Shown here one piece after another: positions 57,039 to 64,000 of a stretch of DNA of 64,000 nt. Under the pieces are notes generated by a model. The model did not search any database, was not told the origin of the DNA, and worked only from the letters and a program-made list of their open reading frames with translations. Source of the DNA: Acidobacteriota bacterium (GTDB lineage: Bacteria; Acidobacteriota; Thermoanaerobaculia; Multivoradales; UBA5704); assembly GCA_040005235.1 (NCBI GenBank), contig JBDTZG010000019.1:1-64000 (forward strand). Direction: 5' to 3'. The stretch's first letter is position 1. Every line of letters begins with the position of its first letter. The position numbers and the translations under genes are program-made.

Positions 57039-59648
57039 CTATGGATAGTAGCCCGGGATCGCCTTCGCTTCGAGGCCTGGCTTTTGGAGTTTGATCTGGA
57101 CTTGGCGGAATTTGTCGCGGCTGCCGTTGCCGCTTTGGGTCGACTGGTAGGCGAGCAGGTACTGGCTGCGGACCTCTTCCTCGATCGACTTGTAGACGCC
57201 TTCCAGCTCGCTCGCCTTGTCGACGAAGAAGAAGTGGCCCCCCGTCTGTTCGGCGAGCTGGAGGAGCTTCAGGCGCACGTCGGCGTCTTTGGTCGAGAGG
57301 TGGATGCCGACCGAGTAGATCGCCACGCCGGAGCGCTTGGCGTATTCCAGGGCGTCGGCGTAGGTGTAGTGGCTCCCCTCGTCCCGGCCGTCGGAGAGCA
57401 GCAGGATCGCGCGCTTGCCGCGCAGACCGCCGAAATCGAATAGGGCTTGGATGATCGTGTCGTAGAGCGCGGTGTTGCCTTCGGCGACCAGGTTCGCGAG
57501 CCCTCCGGCGAGGACTTCCTTGTCGTTGGTGAACGGCACCGCGACGACCGGTTTGTCGCTGAAGGTGAGGACCATCGCCCGGTCTTTGGGCGTGATCACG
57601 GTCTCGAAGAAACGGAGCGCGCCTTGGACCGCTTCGGTCAGCTCTTCGGACATGGAGGCAGAGGTGTCGAGCAGAACGCCCGCGTAGATCGGCAGGTCGT
57701 TCACCTTCTCGAAGCGGGCGATCGGCTGCTCGACGCCGTCCTCGGTGACCTTGAAATCCTTCTTTTCGAGCCCCTCGACCGGCCGGCCGCGGCGATCGAG
57801 GACCGAGGTGTAGAGCTCGACGAAATCGACGTCCACCTCCGCCGATTCCGGCGCGTTGATCAGCACCGTGTCCTCGGCCGAATTGCCGTCTCGAAGGTAG
57901 GCGACCGCGCGCACGTAGCTCACCTGATTCCCCTCGGGGAGGAGGATCGGCTGGACGAACGGGCGCTGGTAGAGGGTGGCGACTCGCGTCTCGTCGAGAA
58001 ACATCTCCACTCGTTCGAGCTCGTCGCCCTGCGGCACGTCCACCTCGGCCTGGGCGCGCAGGCTCGACGTGTAGGCCTTCCCCGGCTGCGGTTCGACCAG
58101 GCGGACCGAGAAGCGGTGCGGCCCGGCGTTCAGCAGGATCTCGTCGCTCGCGAGCTGGACGCCCTGGGCGTCTAAGGCGCGGACCTTCAACTGGTGGGCG
58201 CGCGGCTGAAGCCCAAGCGGCAGATCGACGCTCCAGGGCGGACGCGACTTGGCGAGGATCGCCCGGCCGTTCAGCTCGAACGACAGTTTGGCGATCCCCT
58301 CGCCGGTGGTGATCGCTTCCACCCGCGCCGTGCCGGTCTTCAAGCCAGGGCTCGGGGGAAGGATGCGCACGGTCTGCTCGCCGGCGGGGATGGCGGCGTT
58401 CGCCTCGGCGAGCCGCGGATCGCCCGTGCTGAGAGGGGCGGGAGCGCTCGCCACCACCACGGAGGCCGCCGCATCGGGAACGCCCGGGACGGTCAGCTCG
58501 CGCTCGTCGCGAAAATAGCGCTTGCCTCCGGCGTCTTCGACCCGGACGATCATATGGTAGAGGCCGGGCCGGAGCGTCCGCTCGAACACCAGCGGGATGT
58601 CCGCGCCGCGCGCATCGGTTTCGGGCAGGGTGAAGCGGTAGCGGAACTGGTCGAACAGCTCCCCTTCGCGCAGCACCTCGCCGTCGACCACGAAGTCGTA
58701 GGACGCCCGATCGCCCACCTTGGCGAGCCCCGCGTCCGTCTTGGCGACCGCGAGCTGCCCTTGGACGATCGTCCGGCTCTGGCGCCGGGCGGGGAAGGCG
58801 AGCTCGAGCCGAGCCGGCAGCAGCCCCGCCCCCTCCGGCAGATCGGTCGAGCGAGAGAGGAAGCTCTTGAGCCATTCGTCGCCTGGTTTCGGCACCAGCG
58901 GGAGCTTGGTTTCGGCCTGGCTCCAGTCGATCGACTGGGAGAGCGCGGTAATGATCGAATCGCCGCGCGGACAGCCTGAGATCGCCCGCGCCGCGGCCGC
59001 TTCGGTGTCGCCTGGGTTGCCGAGCTGGCTCGGCGGCACGGCGGAGGCCGTGAGGCTGAGCAGGCGCGAGGGACCTTCGTTGGGGTACCAGAGGCGATAG
59101 GCGCCGCGGACTCCGCCGGTCGGTTGATAGAAGATCAGATTGAAGAAGCCGTGGATCAGCTCGTTCGATGTGTACGACCAGACCTCGATCGGCAGCATCG
59201 CCTCGGGGCAGCGGAACTCCTCGACCTTCGCCGGGACGCCGTTCCAGAGCATCATCTTCGCCCGGTCTTCGGTCAGGTTGCCGAAGCGCTGGCGGGCGAT
59301 CTCGGAACGCTCCTTCCAACGGTCCTCGAGCTCATTGCGGCCGGTTTCGGGGTAGGGATCGCGCACGCTCCAGAAGCGGCGGATGAACGAGTCGCGCTGG
59401 TAGTCCTGCTTGAGCGCCAGAAACGCCGCGCGCTCCGGGGAGGAGATCAGGAGCGCCACGTCTTCGAGCCACTGCTGATGGCGCGGAGCCAGCTCCGCGG
59501 CATCTGGAGGGAGAACCGGGGCCGGCGTTTCCGTAGCGGGGGGCTTGGCGGCCTGCAAGGTTCGCGGGGCGGCCAAGGTTCCCACGGCTCCTCCGGCGAG
59601 AGCCGCCGTGAGGAGAAAACCTACCGAGCCCCGTCCGAGCTTCGACAT
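57039..59648 (-). CDS. Secreted GWxTD-like + Ig-like + VWA domain protein, paralog 1
   Basis: FIRRFWSVRDPYPET..NE; DRAKMMLWNG.P; MIDAS DTSASM, TALYD and LLSDG; ELYTSVLDR.G.PV.GL...DF...EDG. Confidence 0.88.
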   Translation of the reverse strand: MSKLGRGSVGFLLTAALAGGAVGTLAAPRTLQAAKPPATETPAPVLPPDAAELAPRHQQWLEDVALLISSPERAAFLALKQDYQRDSFIRRFWSVRDPYPETGRNELEDRWKERSEIARQRFGNLTEDRAKMMLWNGVPAKVEEFRCPEAMLPIEVWSYTSNELIHGFFNLIFYQPTGGVRGAYRLWYPNEGPSRLLSLTASAVPPSQLGNPGDTEAAAARAISGCPRGDSIITALSQSIDWSQAETKLPLVPKPGDEWLKSFLSRSTDLPEGAGLLPARLELAFPARRQSRTIVQGQLAVAKTDAGLAKVGDRASYDFVVDGEVLREGELFDQFRYRFTLPETDARGADIPLVFERTLRPGLYHMIVRVEDAGGKRYFRDERELTVPGVPDAAASVVVASAPAPLSTGDPRLAEANAAIPAGEQTVRILPPSPGLKTGTARVEAITTGEGIAKLSFELNGRAILAKSRPPWSVDLPLGLQPRAHQLKVRALDAQGVQLASDEILLNAGPHRFSVRLVEPQPGKAYTSSLRAQAEVDVPQGDELERVEMFLDETRVATLYQRPFVQPILLPEGNQVSYVRAVAYLRDGNSAEDTVLINAPESAEVDVDFVELYTSVLDRRGRPVEGLEKKDFKVTEDGVEQPIARFEKVNDLPIYAGVLLDTSASMSEELTEAVQGALRFFETVITPKDRAMVLTFSDKPVVAVPFTNDKEVLAGGLANLVAEGNTALYDTIIQALFDFGGLRGKRAILLLSDGRDEGSHYTYADALEYAKRSGVAIYSVGIHLSTKDADVRLKLLQLAEQTGGHFFFVDKASELEGVYKSIEEEVRSQYLLAYQSTQSGNGSRDKFRQVQIKLQKPGLEAKAIPGYYP

Positions 59649-59730
59649 CGTCGGGTGATCCTACGCGCGCTGGTCGATCCCGACAACGGCGTGGGACGAA
59701 TTGACGGGAACGGGGGCTGAGGTGCCCACC

Positions 59731-62355
59731 CTACGGGTAATACCCCCGCAGCGTCTTTGCCTCCAGCCCCGGCTTGCCGACCTTGCACTCGATGGTGCGG
59801 AAGTTCGTGTCGTCCGAGCTGTTGGTCGACTGGTAGGCGATCAGGTACTGCGAGCGCAGCTCCTGCTCGATCTCGGTGTAGATCCGTGACAGCTCCTCCC
59901 CTTTTTGGACGAAGAACGACCGGCCGCCGGTCTCCTCGGCGAGCTTGGTCAGCTTCCGCTTGTCGAGATCCTTGCCCAAGCCGATCGAGTAGATCGTCAC
60001 CCCGGCGCGGCGGGCGTAATCGAGCGCGTCCTCGTAGGAGAATTTGCTGTTCTCGTCCTTGCCGTCGGAGAGCAGCAGGATCGCCCGCTGCCCCTTGATG
60101 CCGTTGAAGTAGTAGAGCGTAAAGACCAGGCTGTCGTAGAGGGCGGTGCCGCGCTCGGCCTTCACCCCGGCGAGGCCGCCGGCGAGGGTCCCCAGATCCT
60201 TGGTGAACTTCGCGGTCAGGTTCGGCCGATCGTTGAAGGTGATCACCGCGGCCCGGTCCTTCGGCTGGACCCGCTTCTCCAGGAATTCGAGCGCCGCGGC
60301 CCGCGCCGCGGGGAGGTTCGCTTCCATCGAGGCCGAGGTGTCGAGCAGGATCGCGGCGTGAATCGGCAGGTCGGTCACCTTTTCGAACCGGTTGATCTCC
60401 TGGGCGACGCCGTCTTCCGCGATCGAGAAATCTTTTTGCACGAGCCCATCGACCGGATGCCCGGCACGATCGAAGACGCTGGTGTACAGCTCGACGTACT
60501 GCACCTTCAGCTGCTGGAAGTCGTCGGGCGCGTTGACGAACGCCACGTCCTCGGTCGAGTTGCCGTCGGTCAAGTAGGCGACGGCCCGGACGTAGCCCAG
60601 CTCCAGATTCTTGGGCAGCACGATCGGCTGGGTGTAGGGCGCCTGGTAAAGGGTCGCCACCCGGTCCTCGTTCAGGTACAGCTCGACCCGTTCGACCAGC
60701 TCGCCGTCCGGCACCTGGACCTCGGCGCTCGCGGTGAGGCTTTTCACATAATGCTTGCCGCGCACCGGCTCGGTGAGGTGGACGCGGAAGCGCTGCCCCG
60801 CCGAGTTGAGCGCCACGGAATCGCTCGCCAGCTCCTTGCCCGAGGCGTCGAAGGCGGTGGCGATCAACTGGCGCGAGCGCGGCAGGGTGCCGAGATCCAG
60901 CTCGACGCTGTAGGGCGGCTTAGTCTTGGTGAGCAGGGGCTTGCCGTCCAGGCCGAACGTGACCTTCGCGATGTCCGGCCCGGTGGTGAGCGTGTCGAAC
61001 CGGAGCATGCCGGTCTGCAGCTCGCCCGTCGGCGGGATGATCTGGAGGGTGTTCTCAGCCCGGCGGATCGCCGCGTTCGCTTCGGCGAGCAGGCTCGCGG
61101 TGGCGGCGTCCTCGGGCGGCGGAGGCGGCACTTCGCGATCCACCTGCGGCACGATCACATCGCGCTCGGAGCGGTGGAACTTGCCGCCGTTGATGTCCTC
61201 GATCTTGATCACCATCTTGTAGCGCCCGGGGCGTAGATAGCGCTGGAACACCAGCGGCAGATTGGCCTGGGCGGGAAACTCGCCGGGGAAGTCGAACTTG
61301 TAGCGGAAGCTGTCGAACAGCACTTTGCCTTCGAGGACCTCGCCGGTCATCTGCAGGTTGTACGAGCGGTGCTCGCCGAGCTTCGCCTGGCCGATGTCGG
61401 CGGTGTTGACCGAGAACACCCCCTGGACGACCGTGCGGTTCTGGCGCCTGCCCGGGAACGCGAGATCGAGCTTCGCCGGGAAGCCGGGTGCGTCGGGCGG
61501 CACGTCGGTCGAATACGAGTTGAAGGTCGCCACCCACTCGCCGCTCGGACCCTTGGGCGGGGTTTCGATCTGCAGTTGGAGCGTCATGTAGCCGAGGCCC
61601 TGTTTCGCCACCCAGCTGATCCCCCCGGCGAGCTGGTCGCCGTCGCGGCATTCGTTCGCCACCCGCTCGAGCGAGGCGTTGTTGGAACCCTCGACGAACA
61701 GGGTGTCGAGCCCTTCCGCCGGCGCCCAAAGGCGGAACTGGCCCGCGCCCCAGCGCTGGTAGAAGACCAGGACGAACTCTTCCCGCAGGCGGTTGCCGCG
61801 GCCGTAGTACCAAACCTCCAAGGGCCAGAGCACGGTGGTGCAGCGCGAGGTGATCCGGCCGTCCGGCGGGCCGTTCAAGAGCATCAGCCGGGAGCGGTCG
61901 TCGGCTACGTTGCCGAAGCTCGCGCGCGCCTGCTCGATCGTCGACTGCCAGCGGTCCTTGAATTCGTTCTTCGCGGTCTCGGGGTAAGGGTCGCGGACCT
62001 CCCAGAAGCGCTTGATGAACGCGTCGCGCTGGTAGTCCTTTTCCAGAGTCAGAAACCCGGCCTTCTCCTCGTCGGACAGGAGGATCGAAACCTCCTCGAA
62101 CCAGGCGCGATACTCCTCGGAGAGCGCGGCGAGCAGCTTCTTCTGGGTCCCCCGGTCGAGCTTCTTCGGCTTTTTAGGCGCGGCGGGCGCCGGCGGCGCG
62201 GCCTTCGGGTTGGCGGGGGGGGGCGCCGGAGCGGCGAGATCGGGTGGCGCGGTGGGCGGCTTCGGTTCGTCCGCGCGGGCGGGTGAGGGGAGGCTCGAAA
62301 ACCCTAGCGCTCCGGACAAAGAGAGTAGAGCGACCGTCCGCGTAAATCGACGCAT
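59731..62355 (-). CDS. Secreted GWxTD-like + Ig-like + VWA domain protein, paralog 2
   Basis: Start MRRFTRTVALL (ATG62355); same architecture, MIDAS DTSASM and GYYP C-terminus. Confidence 0.88.
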   Translation of the reverse strand: MRRFTRTVALLSLSGALGFSSLPSPARADEPKPPTAPPDLAAPAPPPANPKAAPPAPAAPKKPKKLDRGTQKKLLAALSEEYRAWFEEVSILLSDEEKAGFLTLEKDYQRDAFIKRFWEVRDPYPETAKNEFKDRWQSTIEQARASFGNVADDRSRLMLLNGPPDGRITSRCTTVLWPLEVWYYGRGNRLREEFVLVFYQRWGAGQFRLWAPAEGLDTLFVEGSNNASLERVANECRDGDQLAGGISWVAKQGLGYMTLQLQIETPPKGPSGEWVATFNSYSTDVPPDAPGFPAKLDLAFPGRRQNRTVVQGVFSVNTADIGQAKLGEHRSYNLQMTGEVLEGKVLFDSFRYKFDFPGEFPAQANLPLVFQRYLRPGRYKMVIKIEDINGGKFHRSERDVIVPQVDREVPPPPPEDAATASLLAEANAAIRRAENTLQIIPPTGELQTGMLRFDTLTTGPDIAKVTFGLDGKPLLTKTKPPYSVELDLGTLPRSRQLIATAFDASGKELASDSVALNSAGQRFRVHLTEPVRGKHYVKSLTASAEVQVPDGELVERVELYLNEDRVATLYQAPYTQPIVLPKNLELGYVRAVAYLTDGNSTEDVAFVNAPDDFQQLKVQYVELYTSVFDRAGHPVDGLVQKDFSIAEDGVAQEINRFEKVTDLPIHAAILLDTSASMEANLPAARAAALEFLEKRVQPKDRAAVITFNDRPNLTAKFTKDLGTLAGGLAGVKAERGTALYDSLVFTLYYFNGIKGQRAILLLSDGKDENSKFSYEDALDYARRAGVTIYSIGLGKDLDKRKLTKLAEETGGRSFFVQKGEELSRIYTEIEQELRSQYLIAYQSTNSSDDTNFRTIECKVGKPGLEAKTLRGYYP

Positions 62356-62439
62356 GAAGCCCCGCTTTCGTAAAACCGTCCTCGGTAGGGGGCTGGAATG
62401 CCCACCCCGGTGGACGGCACCGGTTACAATACCCGTTCC

Positions 62440-63627
62440 ATGGCCGCTGTCTACCTCGACCACAACGCGACGTCGCCGCTCGACCCAAGGGTCCGAGAGG
62501 CGATGCTGCCGTGGCTTGGGGAACGGCATGGCAACCCGTCGTCCTTGCATGCTTTCGGCCAGGGGGCGCGGAACGCGATCGAGGAGGCGCGCGAGAAGGT
62601 CGCGGCGCTCCTCGGCGCTCGGCCGGCCGAGATCGTCTTTACCGCCTCGGGCACCGAGGCCAACAACGCGGTGCTGTTCGATCTGGCGTTTGCCCCTTCG
62701 AAGGACGGACTTCCCAAGAGAGTCGTGACCTCCGGTTTCGAGCACCCTTCGGTGCGCGAGGCGGCGAACCGTCTGGGGGACCGAGGGTTCGAAATCGAAA
62801 GGATCGCGCCGCGCGGCGGAACGGTCGATGCCGACGAGATGATCGCGGCGCTCGCCCCCGGCCCGAACCGCCCCGCCGCGAGCCTCGCGGCGCTGATGCT
62901 CGCGAACAACGAGCTGGGGACGATCCAGCCGGTCGCCCAAGTCGCCCGGGCCGCCCGCGCGTTCGGCGTGCCGGTTCTCTGCGACGCGGTCCAAGCGGTG
63001 GGCAAGATCCCCGTTTCGGTGGCTGAGCTGGACGTCGACGCGTTGGTTCTGGGGGGCCACAAGTTCCACGGCCCGCTCGGCGCCGCGGCGCTCTGGCTGC
63101 GGAAGGGGTTCGATCTCCACGGCTACTTGGTGGGCGGCAGCCAGGAGCGCCGCCGCCGCGCTGGGACCGAGAACGTACCGGCGATCGTCGGCTTGGGGGT
63201 TGCGGCAGAGATTGCCGCGCGGGAGCTGGAGACGCGGCATCGCCATCTCGCCGGGCTCCGCGACCGGATCGAGCGCGGGATCTTGGAGTCCACCCAAATC
63301 GCCGACGCCCGCATCCACTGCACCGATCGGCCGCGCCTGCCGAACACGACGCACATCGCCTTTTCCGGCGTCGAAGGGGAGGCACTGTTGATCCGCCTCG
63401 ATCTCGCCGGATTCGCGGTCTCGACGGGGTCGGCCTGCTCTTCCGGAACGGTCGAGCCGAGCAAGGGGATGCTCGCGGCCGGTTTCTCGCCCGAAGAGGC
63501 GCTCTCGTCGCTTCGGGTCAGCGTCGGCATGACCAACACCGAGGCGGAGATCGACGCTTTCCTGGAATCGCTGCCGCGCGAAGTGGCCGCGCTCCGCCGC
63601 TTCGCGCCGGTTCCGGTGTCGCGATGA
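62440..63627 (+). CDS. Cysteine desulfurase (IscS/NifS-like)
   Basis: YLDHNATS, GNPSSLH, SGTEANN, NNELG, GHKFHGP (PLP Lys), STGSACSSG. Confidence 0.95.
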   Translation: MAAVYLDHNATSPLDPRVREAMLPWLGERHGNPSSLHAFGQGARNAIEEAREKVAALLGARPAEIVFTASGTEANNAVLFDLAFAPSKDGLPKRVVTSGFEHPSVREAANRLGDRGFEIERIAPRGGTVDADEMIAALAPGPNRPAASLAALMLANNELGTIQPVAQVARAARAFGVPVLCDAVQAVGKIPVSVAELDVDALVLGGHKFHGPLGAAALWLRKGFDLHGYLVGGSQERRRRAGTENVPAIVGLGVAAEIAARELETRHRHLAGLRDRIERGILESTQIADARIHCTDRPRLPNTTHIAFSGVEGEALLIRLDLAGFAVSTGSACSSGTVEPSKGMLAAGFSPEEALSSLRVSVGMTNTEAEIDAFLESLPREVAALRRFAPVPVSR

Positions 63628-64000
63628 GCGCACGAATCGAAATGGTGCCCGATGCGCCTGGCCCGGTCGCGCCCGGCCCGGCTACGTCCGGTCTGACCGC
63701 GGTCGCGATGAGTGGCGGGCTCGATTCCTCCGTCGTCGCCTGGCTGCTCGCCCAAGAGGGACAGCCGGTGGTGGGCCTTTCGATGCTCCTCTGGGATCGC
63801 TCGGACGAGGTCAGCAACGGCCGCTGCTGCGGCGCGCTCGATCTGGGCGACGCCAAGCGCGTGGCCCAGCAGGCGGGGATTCCCCACTACACCCTGCGGA
63901 TGGACCAGGAGTTCCGCGAGAAGGTGGTCGATCCCTTCGTCGGCGATTACCTCGCCGGGCGGACGCCGAGCCCGTGCGTCGCCTGCAACACCTGGATCAA
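63624..64000 (+). CDS. mnmA: tRNA 2-thiouridine synthase MnmA (3' truncated by the window end)
   Basis: AMSGGLDSSV, RCC, F...VVDPF...YLAGRTPSPCVACN; ATGA overlap with the desulfurase. Confidence 0.95.
   Translation, partial: MSARIEMVPDAPGPVAPGPATSGLTAVAMSGGLDSSVVAWLLAQEGQPVVGLSMLLWDRSDEVSNGRCCGALDLGDAKRVAQQAGIPHYTLRMDQEFREKVVDPFVGDYLAGRTPSPCVACNTWI

Noticed and set aside
62356-63633. N-terminal extension of the 1300-aa ORF
   Set aside because: It is the antisense shadow of the cysteine desulfurase; the real gene starts at ATG62355 with a signal peptide.

Overview
High-GC bacterial chromosomal window. Gene content (GWxTD-like/VWA proteins, a TIGR02999-type ECF sigma with a TPR Ser/Thr kinase, a CHAT fusion) suggests Acidobacteriota, probably Thermoanaerobaculia; this is an inference. 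It opens with the 3' part of a 5S rRNA and its terminator. Most of the rest is housekeeping or envelope genes: alpha-2-macroglobulin and pbpC, an OPT transporter, a TonB-dependent receptor, lepA, a two-component pair, hemW, parE/parC, SLC13, acd-meaB-mce, maf, and a cysteine desulfurase with partial mnmA. The main anomaly is at 54.3-56.4 kb. There, eight palindromic units with an exact 20-bp period (CAGRGAAnnnTTCYCTGnnn) sit directly upstream of an uncharacterised 121-aa helical protein. They are followed by a 67-bp direct repeat, a family of REP-like palindromes and three toxin-less antitoxin-like genes or remnants. Other items of note: an orphan 7-Cys/7-Ser+Thr lanthipeptide-like precursor, a DEAD-box protein with degenerate motifs and a 15-bp tandem repeat upstream, a non-canonical OTCase-family carbamoyltransferase, and a VapBC pair inserted between parE and parC. 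All product calls come from recognising motifs by eye; no database search was run.
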